Positions 31,860 through 42,076 are shown, numbered from the stretch's first letter. The stretch: DNA of 64,000 bases from a candidate division FCPU426 bacterium (GCA_963840035.1 CAWIXE010000002.1:896001-960000), one strand, 5' to 3'. The notes: generated by a model not told the origin, from the sequence alone. Numbers and translations are program-made.

Positions 31860-32645
31860 TTAAATTCGTTCTGTCACCCATTTTATTATTTCGTCTGTTG
31901 CGTCAACAACAAACTCCTGCCCCTTATCAGCGGCTTTAAAGTAACCTTTCTGCCAATTCTTATCCGTATGGTAGCTCATGCCCTTGAAATATTCCGGCAG
32001 GTCCCAATGTGTTTTCAATTCCCCTTTCTTCGTCAATTCCACACCTTCATGATATTTAATAGGTCCCGCGCCTAGAAGTTTCGCATTCAGCGAAAGGTTT
32101 TCACTTGCCACATAAAGAGTATTGTTCTTCTTATATTGCCCCGCGTTGACCACATGTGGATGATCTGCATAGCATTCATCCGCTTTTTCACCATCCCCGA
32201 GCCTGATAATCCTGCCAACCTGGAGATACCCAAATATCGCATGAAAACCGTATTTGTCCTCCTCAAACTCCGGCTTCCCATTGTTCCACTTAGCATGCTG
32301 AAACCACCCAAAAAATAAAAACAAATCCCCTTCTTTTACTCCCTGATTCCGAAGATGCCCCTGAGCCGCATCACACTGCCCAAACGCCGGCAGCCAGCCT
32401 GGAGCTCTTTTGATTGCATCCTTACGTATATCAGGGTCAAGATGGCAGTAGTTTTCGATTTTGGTGTTTGATTTCAGGGATTTAATGATACCCCAGTACG
32501 TTTGACCTTTATATGAAATATCATCGTATGTAAGACTATCTTTAGAAGGAACCGGCATTGAAATCATGTCTTTTCTGTCAAATATAGGGCTCGGCATCTC
32601 ACCATACTGTGAGTCAAATCCTTTGCGGCTCAGTATAATTTTCAT
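31860..32645 (-). CDS. Nmad3 (nucleotide modification-associated domain 3) family protein
   Basis: MKIILSRKGFDS.YG..PSPI, CHLDPD, AFGQ..AAQGHL, GDLFLFFGWF, IFGYLQVG, GQEFV. Confidence 0.8.
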   Translation of the reverse strand: MKIILSRKGFDSQYGEMPSPIFDRKDMISMPVPSKDSLTYDDISYKGQTYWGIIKSLKSNTKIENYCHLDPDIRKDAIKRAPGWLPAFGQCDAAQGHLRNQGVKEGDLFLFFGWFQHAKWNNGKPEFEEDKYGFHAIFGYLQVGRIIRLGDGEKADECYADHPHVVNAGQYKKNNTLYVASENLSLNAKLLGAGPIKYHEGVELTKKGELKTHWDLPEYFKGMSYHTDKNWQKGYFKAADKGQEFVVDATDEIIKWVTERI

Positions 32646-33217
32646 TTCAAAAATTTAAAAATTAAGTACAATTTGTTTTCAAGGATATGTTTTTCAAATG
32701 GCACAGGAGTCTTTTTTTCAGACCCTCTCGTTAAAAATATTTCTTTTGGCTTAATTTTATTAAAGGAAAAGTAGAATTGGCTTTCTTTTTTTCCTTTCTT
32801 TGTTTTTAAGCTATTTATGAACTTGCCCATTTCTTTATCAGTAAAAACAATCATTCTGTTGTGAATCCACTTATCTGGTTTTCTGCTTTTATTTAAAGTT
32901 TTTCTTTTTGAATATTCTTCATACACACCAAAAAGAATATAAAAATCAGCCCTTCCAACAACATGCTTAATATTTCCGAACCAAAAATTCGTATCATATT
33001 TATGTTTGCCCGTAGGAATGTGATCCCACGATCTAGAAGCTTTAACTTGAATCGTTGCGCTTTTTTTTGATTTGTTGCTATAAATTAGCAAATCAAAACC
33101 TTTTTGCTGCCTGCTCATAGGTACAAGCAAAGCAAAACCCTTGTTTTTTGGAAATACATTCTGAAGCTCTTCGGCGACCTTATACTCTGAATATGGAAGT
33201 GTAAAAATGTTCTCCAT
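32642..33217 (-). CDS. Putative PD-(D/E)xK (restriction-endonuclease-like) protein
   Basis: SEYKVAE...GFDLLI...TIQVKAS pattern; ATGA overlap with the Nmad3 gene. Confidence 0.6.
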   Translation of the reverse strand: MENIFTLPYSEYKVAEELQNVFPKNKGFALLVPMSRQQKGFDLLIYSNKSKKSATIQVKASRSWDHIPTGKHKYDTNFWFGNIKHVVGRADFYILFGVYEEYSKRKTLNKSRKPDKWIHNRMIVFTDKEMGKFINSLKTKKGKKESQFYFSFNKIKPKEIFLTRGSEKKTPVPFEKHILENKLYLIFKFLK

Positions 33218-33281
33218 TTTTATTCTCCTCGTTTGCATAAATTAATCAGCGTAATTAAATATACGAATTAAAAATACTATT

Positions 33282-33827
33282 TTATTTGCCTATTATTACA
33301 GTGCTTGCTACTGTTGAAATAAAAATTATAGTAAAAAATAAACCCAATAACGCTTGAAATGCAGCTATTACTTCAATCAAATTTTTAGCTGGTTTTGTCC
33401 TGTTATATCCAAACGTTGTTATTGTTTGAACGCTGAAGAGCACATATTGAAGCTCGGCATTCCATGTGGTTGATTTCATTATTTTATTTTCGAATTTCAA
33501 AGAACCGGGAATATGCCACTCAATTATTCCATATAAAAACGCAAAAAGAAAAATAAACAAAAAATAATAGATGAGTAAATATGTCAATCCCAGACTCAAT
33601 GGTTGTTTTATTGTAGTTAAAACCAAACTCCAAATAAAAGTTATTGCTACCAGAATCCATAACGCAGAAGTAACATGGTCAATGAAACTATTTTTTTTAA
33701 AGTATCCCTTGCCATTTCTTGTGTCTTTAATTCCAAAAAAAGATAAAATGTAATAAAAAACAATGTAAACAGTGCAAGCAATTGTAACATTTCTGGGGTT
33801 TCCTATGAATTCTATAACATGATTCAC
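33282..33827 (-). CDS. Ion-channel-like membrane protein (Ion_trans_2-type pore)
   Basis: TM helices around FSVQTITTFGYN, a variant of the TTxGYG selectivity filter. Confidence 0.7.
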   Translation of the reverse strand: MNHVIEFIGNPRNVTIACTVYIVFYYILSFFGIKDTRNGKGYFKKNSFIDHVTSALWILVAITFIWSLVLTTIKQPLSLGLTYLLIYYFLFIFLFAFLYGIIEWHIPGSLKFENKIMKSTTWNAELQYVLFSVQTITTFGYNRTKPAKNLIEVIAAFQALLGLFFTIIFISTVASTVIIGK

Positions 33828-33967
33828 GAATCACCTCCTTATATAAAATCCCCAACACCGTGCCTTGACAATTGACTTTATTCAAATAACCGCCTCATTT
33901 TATTGATCACATTCATATTTCATTGTATATAACAATATTCATCATTCCTCTCAAATTACACCTTTAC

Positions 33968-34471
33968 TTACTTCAACTTTTTTATTTGATTTAATGCCTT
34001 TTTACAACCGATATTATTGGCTGTATTTAAATCTTTTTTTGCATTATCAATTTGGTCTATAATCACATAACATGCGGCTCTTAGTATATAAACATCACAG
34101 AACGAATTATCTAGTTCAAGTGATTTACTACAATCTTTAATAGCATCATCATATTTTTTTATGCCAAACTCCGCAGAGGCTTTTCCGTAATAAGCTACCG
34201 GATCATTTGGGTTAAGTTTGATTGCCTTAAGGCTATCTTCAATCATACCTTTATTATCACCAACACGCATTTTCGCAAAGCAGCGCCTATCAAACGTTCG
34301 GTAATTTGATGGGTCTATCTCAATTGCTTTTGAATAAAACTCTATCGCTTTTTTAAAGTTCCCGTTTGATGCTTGTTTATCGCCTTTATCAATATATGTG
34401 TCTGCGCTTATTGCCAATATAAATGTAATCGATAACATTGAAAGAATTATCAATAACACGTTTTTTTTCAT
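33968..34471 (-). CDS. Secreted TPR protein
   Basis: GGAGGAG RBS, MKKNVLLII signal peptide, TPR units (KAIEIDPSN, KAIKLNPND). Confidence 0.82.
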   Translation of the reverse strand: MKKNVLLIILSMLSITFILAISADTYIDKGDKQASNGNFKKAIEFYSKAIEIDPSNYRTFDRRCFAKMRVGDNKGMIEDSLKAIKLNPNDPVAYYGKASAEFGIKKYDDAIKDCSKSLELDNSFCDVYILRAACYVIIDQIDNAKKDLNTANNIGCKKALNQIKKLK

Positions 34472-34542
34472 TTCTCCTCCGGAATCAAATTTATTAAAAA
34501 ACTTCCCAACACCGTGCCTTGACAATTGACATTGTACCAGTT

Positions 34543-34731
34543 TCATCTTAATTTTATTAGCGTTTTATCTCCCAGTTTGTGAATAAGGCTTTCAATACGT
34601 TGTTTTATGACCTTGTCTTGTGCCGCTTCTGCTTCCAGTTTGTTTATTGCCTTACTTACCGCTTTGTGGGTTATGGCAAACATTTCCGCTACTTCCTTTA
34701 ATCTTAATCCGGTTTGGCTTCTTATCAGTGA
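34543..34731 (-). pseudogene. 3' remnant of a probable Y1/REP-associated transposase (C-terminal HTH)
   Basis: Hand translation SLIRSQTGLRLKEVAEMFAITHKAVSKAINKLEAEAAQDKVIKQRIESL...KLR*; no start codon; 5' side cut by a family C element; followed by TGTCAATTGTCAAGGCACGGTG. Confidence 0.6.
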
Positions 34732-34835
34732 AAATGGTACCAGACCTCGAGTTAATAGTTAATACATAACTTTTTTAACTGCTGAACCAGACTTTCTTTT
34801 GTCAAATATTAACTCGGGGGCCGGTTCCATTTTTT
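34731..34835. mobile_element. ~100-bp MITE/REPIN-like element (family C)
   Basis: AAAATGGTACCAGACCTCGAGTTAATA ... TATTAACTCGGGGGCCGGTTCCATTTT. Confidence 0.6.
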
Positions 34836-34849
34836 CCAATTATCTTATA

Positions 34850-36691
34850 TTATGGCCCTGGCGGAGAAAACCATACTTCATCGCTGTTGCCCGTTGCGTT
34901 TTCTCCTCCTATGCACCAAATTTTTGGGCCCGAGCCTGCATCATATATAAGCGCAAGGCTCCTGTATCTGTGCCCAAGTGTTGCGTTATTCGTTGCTTTC
35001 CACCAGTTTTTTCCGTCTGAGGAAGCCCACGCGTCGGCATATCCATTCAGCCCGCCTGTTCCTCCAGAAACCCATATCATATTATTATATACCCAGCTTA
35101 AATGGCCTCTCCTGGGGCCAAAGGGCGCTGATGCTGTGGCGCATTGCCAGTTCACACCGTCTGACGATGACCAGACATCATTTAATTCATTTCCTCCGGT
35201 TCCCATCCCTCCTATGACCCACATTTTCAGCCCCGTGCCGTCGTCAAAAACGACGCTTGAGTGCATCTGCCTCGGCGGGAATGCCGCGGAGGCGTTCGCG
35301 CATGTAAATGTAATCCCGTCGGATGACGACCATACATCGTTAAGATATAGATTCACACTGCCTTCGCCGGCTATGACCCATATTTTATTGTTAAAGACAA
35401 GGCACGTGTGGTCAAATCTTCCCTCAAATCCGCCGTTATGCGTTGAGCAGCTCCATGCCGCGCCATCCGTGGAATACCACACGTCGTTCCTTATGTCTGC
35501 ACTTCCGGCAAAACCGCCGATGAGCCACATCTTCTCGCCGCTTCCCGGGTCAAAAGCCACGCAGCCCGCGCCCCATCTGCCATGGGCCGCGGTGTAGGTC
35601 GTCGACGCGTACCAGTTGGTCCCGTCGGAGGAATAAATAACGTCATTTCTGATAGTGCCTACATAACCGCTTACGGCCCACATCTTTCCGTCGTATACCG
35701 TGCCAGTATGCCAGTACCTGCCGGCAAACGTCGTTCCCGAAGCTGACTGCGCCCAGTATGTTCCCGGACCAAATGTCGGTGTTATTGACGCGGTTGGTGA
35801 TATAGTGGACGTGTTCGTGGAAGTCGGGGTGGCCGTCTTTGTAAGTGTTACCGATTTTGTATTCGTAAATGTCGGTGATATGGACCATGTGGGCGATATC
35901 GTATGCGTGCATGATATGGTATATGTCCCGGTAATAGTGGGCGTCGCCGTACTCGTACCGGGATCATTGTATTTTACATTCACGCCTTTGCTTATGAGAT
36001 AAGGAATGTCCGTGTGAAGCGCCTTATAGCTCAGAGTGTTTCCCCTCAGGTCGACTACAGAGCTCGGGCCCAATCCCCCGGCATCGCAATTCTGTACGAT
36101 GGCGTCTATGTCCGTTATGTTGCTGCTGCCGAGGTCCAGATGGAAAAGTCCGGTCAGTCCCGCTATAGGATCAAGGCTGTTTATGCCCAGGGTGTTCCTG
36201 TATAAATTCATCCATGTGAGTCCGGTCATCCCGCTAATGGCATCTATGTTCAGGGGCACAGTGTTATAGTATATAAGGAGTTCGGTTAATTTCGGGAAAT
36301 ACTGCACGCCTTCAAGATTATTGACAGCCTTGCTGACTATGAAAAGCACCGTAAGGTCCTGGGACTCTTCCCTGTAAATATCCCCGGTGGGCTTTGATAA
36401 GGTCAGCCTTATTTGGGACTCCAGCACTGGGTCGGGGATATTGATGCGAACGTATGTGGGCGTAACGGTCGGGGACATTGACGCGGTTGGCAGCAGCGTG
36501 GAAGTCCTTGTTGCCGTGTTTGAGGGCGTGACGGTTTTCGATGATGTAGGTATGGGCGTGGATGTGGATGTAAAAGAAACCGTGGGATCAGGGCTTGCAA
36601 AAACAGACGGCCCCACGGGGTGTCTTTTCGAACACGACATCATGCATTGCATGATCAGGGCCAGAAAAATAATAAAATATTTTTTTTTCAA
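34850..36691 (-). CDS. Lipoprotein: Thr stalk + internalin-like LRR + Thr stalk + Kelch-like beta-propeller
   Basis: MSCSK lipobox; IPDPVLESQIR and LRR; repeated K(M/I)W.IGG...NDVWSSSDG; likely TTG start at 36691. Confidence 0.78.
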   Translation of the reverse strand: MKKKYFIIFLALIMQCMMSCSKRHPVGPSVFASPDPTVSFTSTSTPIPTSSKTVTPSNTATRTSTLLPTASMSPTVTPTYVRINIPDPVLESQIRLTLSKPTGDIYREESQDLTVLFIVSKAVNNLEGVQYFPKLTELLIYYNTVPLNIDAISGMTGLTWMNLYRNTLGINSLDPIAGLTGLFHLDLGSSNITDIDAIVQNCDAGGLGPSSVVDLRGNTLSYKALHTDIPYLISKGVNVKYNDPGTSTATPTITGTYTISCTHTISPTWSISPTFTNTKSVTLTKTATPTSTNTSTISPTASITPTFGPGTYWAQSASGTTFAGRYWHTGTVYDGKMWAVSGYVGTIRNDVIYSSDGTNWYASTTYTAAHGRWGAGCVAFDPGSGEKMWLIGGFAGSADIRNDVWYSTDGAAWSCSTHNGGFEGRFDHTCLVFNNKIWVIAGEGSVNLYLNDVWSSSDGITFTCANASAAFPPRQMHSSVVFDDGTGLKMWVIGGMGTGGNELNDVWSSSDGVNWQCATASAPFGPRRGHLSWVYNNMIWVSGGTGGLNGYADAWASSDGKNWWKATNNATLGHRYRSLALIYDAGSGPKIWCIGGENATGNSDEVWFSPPGP

Positions 36692-36900
36692 AAATGCCGC
36701 CTTCCTTTGTGTAATAAAAGAATCCACAACACGTGCCTTGACAATTGACATTAATCAAATAAACGCCTTATTTTATTAACCCCACTTGTATTTCTTCGTA
36801 AATAATCACTATTTATCGTCCCTCTCTAATTCCACCATCGCGCGATACTCTACCAACTAAGTTACCGCCCCTTCCAAACTAATGCCGCAGGGCATATAGA

Positions 36901-37137
36901 CTATTTCTTAACGAAAACCAGCATATTAAAATATATCGTGGTAGCTTTTGCCCCAAGTAACGCCCAGATACATCCCGGGTTCTGAGTAACTGCTATGTTT
37001 TCCATAGAGTGAAATTCCCAGTTGTCTTTAGCTTCCAGATTGATAAGGTCCGCAAAAGACCTGACAGCCCCGTCAAAAGACCCGTTCTTTCCCAATACTA
37101 ATTCTTTTGGTGCCGGTACACATTTATACTGCGCCAT
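36901..37137 (-). CDS. Small DUF4177-like protein
   Basis: YKCV...LINLEAKDNWEF...LVFVK pattern; GGGGG RBS. Confidence 0.6.
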   Translation of the reverse strand: MAQYKCVPAPKELVLGKNGSFDGAVRSFADLINLEAKDNWEFHSMENIAVTQNPGCIWALLGAKATTIYFNMLVFVKK

Positions 37138-37372
37138 ATTCCCCCCCATACTTTTTTACGTTATTTAAATTCTCCTGAGCTTTCTAAAACATTCATTACA
37201 TCTTTCAGCCCTTGTTATACTCATGATGCCCTGCGGCATTATTATTTCCCTATTATCCCGCAAGAGTCGGCCGCCATCTCGGCATACGGCTCTTTGCATC
37301 TCGCCTTATATTAAGAATTTAAGTAAATACCTTATACTAAGTCATCATCAGGGCACAAATTATCAGCGTGTT

Positions 37373-40165
37373 TTATATAGCGTCTTTAAGTTCGTTTTTT
37401 ATTTTTTCAGCTCTTTTATCGCCTAATTCCAAAGCTTTTGACGCGTCTTTAAGGGCGCCTGCTTTATCCCCGAGTTTTAACTTTACTTCAGCCAGGTAGT
37501 AGTATACTTCTCCGTCTTTCAGCATGGTTACAAGGGCTGTTTCCAGGTCTTTTTTAGCTTTTCCATAATCACCTTTTTTGTAATACATCATGCCCCTGCC
37601 TTTAAAGGTAATATCCGATTTTGGCTGCATGTAAAAGGCTGTGTCAAAATCCTTATTTGCGGCGTTGTAGTCGCCCATCTGGGTATATGCTATTCCCCTG
37701 TATGAATAACCTATGCACGCCTGCGGGAAACCTTTGATCACGGCTTCGAAATCTTTGACCGCGCCTTTATAATCACCCATTGTTATCCTGAGGTTTCCGC
37801 GAGTCAGATAAGCCGAAGTATATTTGGGGTTCAGTTCTATCGCTTTATCAAGGTCCATCAGGGCCTCTTTATTGTTTGCAAGCGCTATTTTGGCTGTTGC
37901 GCGGTAATTGTAGTAAGTATAATCTGCCGGATTGTCCTTTAAGAATAAATCACAGTCCCTGATGGCTCCGGCATAATTACCGGAATACATTTTATCAAAT
38001 AGCAGCTGCAGGGGCGTTTTTGCTTTTCCGGTCCTTTGGTCTATGGCGCTGTCCGGTAATTTCTTTTCCCTTTTTGCGAGTCCCAGCCATATCTTTGCTT
38101 CTTTATATCCGCCTTCACCCCAGACATCATACACGGAATTATCGCCTATTGCCTTAAAACATTTAATAGCCTCTTTTTTCATTTTCTTATCGACATAATA
38201 CTTCGCAAGCTCGTTCCAGGCTTCCCAGTTGTGTTCATCCGCCTTTATGAGGTCGTTTATGGCTTTTAGCTTCATCTTTATCACTGCCGGGTTCCTGGTT
38301 ATCTTTTCCTTGGCATGATCCGTGGCCTGTCCGTTGAGGTCCTGGCTTATGGCCGCGAGCACCAGATTTGGATATAGGGCAGCCAGATCGGGATTACCCT
38401 GCGGGATTACTTTTTTCGCGTCAGCAAGCGCTTTATCCCTGTTTCCGGTCAGTGACATCCAGAAAAAGTAATCTTCCCAGTTTTTGATATCCATGGGTTT
38501 GCGCCCGAAATACAGGAGCATGATATTCTTGTAATCTTTGTAATATGGCGATGATTTTACCGCGTCCGCGAAGTTATCCCTTGCGATCTGATTGCCGTCA
38601 AATTCATACGAACCGCTTGCGCGGAAACTGTCCTGGGCAATCTCACTGATAAGGAAAGGACACTTGTTATAAAACTGCTTATAAAGCCCCTCAATCTCGG
38701 CTATACTCCCGTGCCATTTTGGCTGCAGATAGTTGGCAAAGTTCAGGTAAGCGGCGGAGTCGTATGGATTTAAGCCGATTGACGTGCTAAAAGCATCATG
38801 CATTTCCAGTTTATCAATCCCTGCCGCCAGACCGGAGATCATCAGATTATTCCATGTCCAGCCGTCCCCGGGAGCGGTTTTTGTGGCCCGGCGGGAGGCG
38901 TTTAATCCAAAGTTGATGCGCCGTTCGATCTCCGCCCACTTTTTGGATTCAACAGTATTTGCGTAACCGTTGCCTCTCAAGTCCCAGGCCCAGTTTATAT
39001 ATGTATCCGACAGCAGCATCCACGCATCCTGATTTTCCGGATGTATTTTAGTCCATGCTTCGGCAAGCTCGATGGCTTCACTGTTATATTTTGATTTGCT
39101 GAGTATTTTGACGGCTGACTTGTAAAGATAGACATTATTATTGTCATTTAGAAGCTGATTTATTAAGGCTTTTGCCGGTTCCGCGTCGTATATAGGATTT
39201 GAAATACTCGCTTTTATCTCTTCATAAATTGTAAAAGGCGACTTTTCAGCGGTATTGTTGATTTTGTTTACCGCTATCCAGGACCCACCCTGATTCCTGT
39301 CTGCGGCTGTCCACTGCCATCTGCTTTTCAGGAATGGATTATCCGGTTCCTTTTCGGACATTTTATCCACACCACAGGCGATTGCCGGCCATGCCCGAAG
39401 TATGTGCTCTATGCGGGCGCTTTTCAGGAAATTATCTTCGTTTAAGAACAAAGTCTTTGAAAAATATTCCTTTTGTTGCTGTTCAAGTTTTGCTTCAGTC
39501 CATAAAAAATAACACTCCGCGGCCCACTCAGGCGCTTTGTGCACTTCACCAACAGGAAATTTTTTCCTGTAATAACCGTCGATTTTGCCTCCCCAAAAAT
39601 GCAGGGCTATTTCATATTCATTGTTCAGCTTTTTTATGGTGCCTTCGCCAAAATGTCTTCCTTTAAAACGCATCGGCAACTGTTCCCTGTATACCTGTTG
39701 TATAGGTTTTCTCAGCGGATCAAACAGCGCCAGATTCTGGAATAAATAGCCCACATCAGGTATGCTCATGTTAAAACCAGGCGTATAAGAAGCCCTGATC
39801 ATAGCCAGATAACTTATAAATGAACCAAGCGGCGTTAAGCCGCTGTCCTCGACATTAGTAAGTGGAAATATAAGCGGGCAAGGCGTCAATTCTCTTGAAG
39901 AAGAAACCAGTTTTTTTATAAGTGCACTAATTTCGGTATGAGGTTTCATTGCTTTGGCCTGCATCTCGGCAATCTGTTTTTTAATTGCAAAAAAACCGGA
40001 AATCTTTCCGCCGAATAACATAATCAGTGTCAGTCCCGATAAAATAACAACGGATAATATTATAATGGGGAGTTTTGCCCCGGAAGAATTCTTCCACACA
40101 GGCTGAAGCTGTCCATCTGTATTATTATTTGAACCATTGCCGGAGCTATTATTCATCAATTCCAC
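37373..40165 (-). CDS. Membrane-anchored DUF4034-like + TPR protein
   Basis: TM helix; YINWAWDLRGNGYANTV and LQPKWHGS; C-terminal TPRs. Confidence 0.75.
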   Translation of the reverse strand: MELMNNSSGNGSNNNTDGQLQPVWKNSSGAKLPIIILSVVILSGLTLIMLFGGKISGFFAIKKQIAEMQAKAMKPHTEISALIKKLVSSSRELTPCPLIFPLTNVEDSGLTPLGSFISYLAMIRASYTPGFNMSIPDVGYLFQNLALFDPLRKPIQQVYREQLPMRFKGRHFGEGTIKKLNNEYEIALHFWGGKIDGYYRKKFPVGEVHKAPEWAAECYFLWTEAKLEQQQKEYFSKTLFLNEDNFLKSARIEHILRAWPAIACGVDKMSEKEPDNPFLKSRWQWTAADRNQGGSWIAVNKINNTAEKSPFTIYEEIKASISNPIYDAEPAKALINQLLNDNNNVYLYKSAVKILSKSKYNSEAIELAEAWTKIHPENQDAWMLLSDTYINWAWDLRGNGYANTVESKKWAEIERRINFGLNASRRATKTAPGDGWTWNNLMISGLAAGIDKLEMHDAFSTSIGLNPYDSAAYLNFANYLQPKWHGSIAEIEGLYKQFYNKCPFLISEIAQDSFRASGSYEFDGNQIARDNFADAVKSSPYYKDYKNIMLLYFGRKPMDIKNWEDYFFWMSLTGNRDKALADAKKVIPQGNPDLAALYPNLVLAAISQDLNGQATDHAKEKITRNPAVIKMKLKAINDLIKADEHNWEAWNELAKYYVDKKMKKEAIKCFKAIGDNSVYDVWGEGGYKEAKIWLGLAKREKKLPDSAIDQRTGKAKTPLQLLFDKMYSGNYAGAIRDCDLFLKDNPADYTYYNYRATAKIALANNKEALMDLDKAIELNPKYTSAYLTRGNLRITMGDYKGAVKDFEAVIKGFPQACIGYSYRGIAYTQMGDYNAANKDFDTAFYMQPKSDITFKGRGMMYYKKGDYGKAKKDLETALVTMLKDGEVYYYLAEVKLKLGDKAGALKDASKALELGDKRAEKIKNELKDAI

Positions 40166-40486
40166 GTTCCCTCCTAATTTTATAAAAACTCCTCAACACC
40201 GTGCCTTGACAATTGACTTTATCCAAATAATCGCCTTATTTTACTGACCATACTACTATTTCTTCACAAATACGCACTATTTATCATTATTCCCCAAATC
40301 CATCCTATCCACGATGCTCTACCAACTGAGATACCGACCCGCTTTGCCATCCAAACCCCTGTCCTGGTCTATCTCCCTTGAACCCACAGTCCCTTCCAGG
40401 ACACCTGATTTCGAGTCAGGTACCATTCTACCCAATCCCGCTTAATTATCAACATACACGACGAAGCCTTGACGAAGTCACCGAAA

Positions 40487-41842
40487 TCACTCCGCAGGGA
40501 ACTCCACGTTCATTATCATATTCATCACTGAATCTTCTGCCGCGGTTGTTGTTTTCTTCATGTTTTGGTCCGTATAATCAGTCCCTGTATAATCTATAAG
40601 TGTTATGTATTTCCCCTGCAATGTATAGTACATTTTCAGGTAATGTCTTGTATAAGCGGGGCATGCGCCTTCCTTTGTATCATACTCGGCTACTGCCCAC
40701 CCTTTTCCCGCAGGTTTTATTATGCTGATGCCGCAGAGATTATACTTCTCGTACGGTTCAGCAAGGCTCGGATGTTTTACAGCGTCAATTTCTGCCAGCT
40801 TTTTTTTGCGCAGTGCTTCAGCTATCGCTGGATTCTCCGGGGTGAATTGATCCTCCGGTATGCCCAGTGAATCTGAAGGTATAACGGATACTTTGAGCAG
40901 GGCTAACCCCGGACATGGCGTTTTTTGCATCATCATCAGCCTTTCGCCTTTTGCGCCTGCCGGCATCATCGTCCAGCTATCATCAGGCTGGATTGTCATG
41001 CCGTTAATCAGCTTGCCGCTTCCCGCCATAAATCCCATCGCTTTGTCCCGAATGCCGGGCAGCATCATAACAGAAGTAGCAGCCGCCACTATGGCCACAT
41101 AAAATAAAACAGAAAGGAAACATCCAAGAAATGTGTTCATGCCTTTTGTCTCTTCGGGTTTTACATTATTTGCCTTTTTATAAAGATTGTACATTACAAC
41201 TTTCAGCGACGTGAAAAACGGCCCAAGCAGGATGCCAATACCGGTCGACACCGCCAAAAAAACAATATTGTCTTTAAGAAAACTAATATGGCCGGTTTGT
41301 ATGATAATCTGGGTTGCGGCATTAGGCAATATATAAAAGAACAAGCATAAAAAAAAGACCGTCCAAAAGCGGCCTTTTACAGTCAGGGCGCTTACTTTTA
41401 ACGGGCTTGAAGATTTATCCTCCAGGACCGCGGCTTCCATCGCAAAGAACCTTGTAGTAAGCCAGTATATTCCGGGGAATACAAGCAACACAAGGCCCAG
41501 CAGCGATACTATCATGTAAATCATCATTGCCACAAAGCCTCTCAAAGCCTTTGAAGAACCGTTTGATACGGCGGCACTTATGTCAATCCTGCCTTCAAGG
41601 TGTGCCATGGATATGGCTGTTATCAGCGTAGAAACGCCCAGTAACGACAAAAGTACAGCAACCAGAAAGGCCGCCATTATAAATGGCGAGCTGCTTTTAA
41701 CGGCAATAACATAAAAAGACAGCGCCATAAGAGGCCCTATACTTATTATATTCATTATGATCAAAGTAAAATAGTTGCCAACACAAACAGAAAATGCATC
41801 CTTCAAAACTTCCGAAAACGCGGCTCCTGATTTTTTTGTCAT
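40487..41842 (-). CDS. Hypothetical polytopic membrane protein with soluble C-terminal domain
   Basis: About 6-7 hydrophobic helices, LLVFPGIYW...S...VKGRFW pattern. Confidence 0.72.
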   Translation of the reverse strand: MTKKSGAAFSEVLKDAFSVCVGNYFTLIIMNIISIGPLMALSFYVIAVKSSSPFIMAAFLVAVLLSLLGVSTLITAISMAHLEGRIDISAAVSNGSSKALRGFVAMMIYMIVSLLGLVLLVFPGIYWLTTRFFAMEAAVLEDKSSSPLKVSALTVKGRFWTVFFLCLFFYILPNAATQIIIQTGHISFLKDNIVFLAVSTGIGILLGPFFTSLKVVMYNLYKKANNVKPEETKGMNTFLGCFLSVLFYVAIVAAATSVMMLPGIRDKAMGFMAGSGKLINGMTIQPDDSWTMMPAGAKGERLMMMQKTPCPGLALLKVSVIPSDSLGIPEDQFTPENPAIAEALRKKKLAEIDAVKHPSLAEPYEKYNLCGISIIKPAGKGWAVAEYDTKEGACPAYTRHYLKMYYTLQGKYITLIDYTGTDYTDQNMKKTTTAAEDSVMNMIMNVEFPAE

Positions 41843-42003
41843 AACACCCCCATTAATAGTATTTATAAACAGTTTGAACTTAAAATAAAAACCCCAATAC
41901 CGTGCCTTGACTCAAGTCTTTATTCAAATAAACGCATACTTTATCAGACATGTTGCTATTTCTTTGTAAACAAACATAAAATAAGCGTCGGGACCTGATT
42001 TAT

Positions 42004-42076
42004 ATTCACAAACCGGGGGCCGCCTGCTGTGTACCGGAATGAAATGACTGTTACATAGTCCCCGGTTTGTGAATTG
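42004..42076. repeat. Inverted repeat ATTCACAAACCGGGG...CCCCGGTTTGTGAAT
   Basis: 15-bp inverted arms; related hairpin at about 48832-48867. Confidence 0.6.

Noticed and set aside
34472..34546. N-terminal extensions in the ORF track (also 36692-36751, 43107-43244, 10138-10203, 45839-46006)
   Set aside because: They read through intergenic repeats or promoters; downstream starts have a better RBS and signal peptide
34887..35597. 236-aa plus-strand ORF
   Set aside because: Lies entirely antisense to the Kelch-like repeats of the 34850..36691 gene
40312..40340. Intact tRNA gene (also 36843-36871)
   Set aside because: Only an acceptor 5' strand and D-arm-like sequence; no anticodon stem, GTTCRA T-loop or 3' acceptor strand
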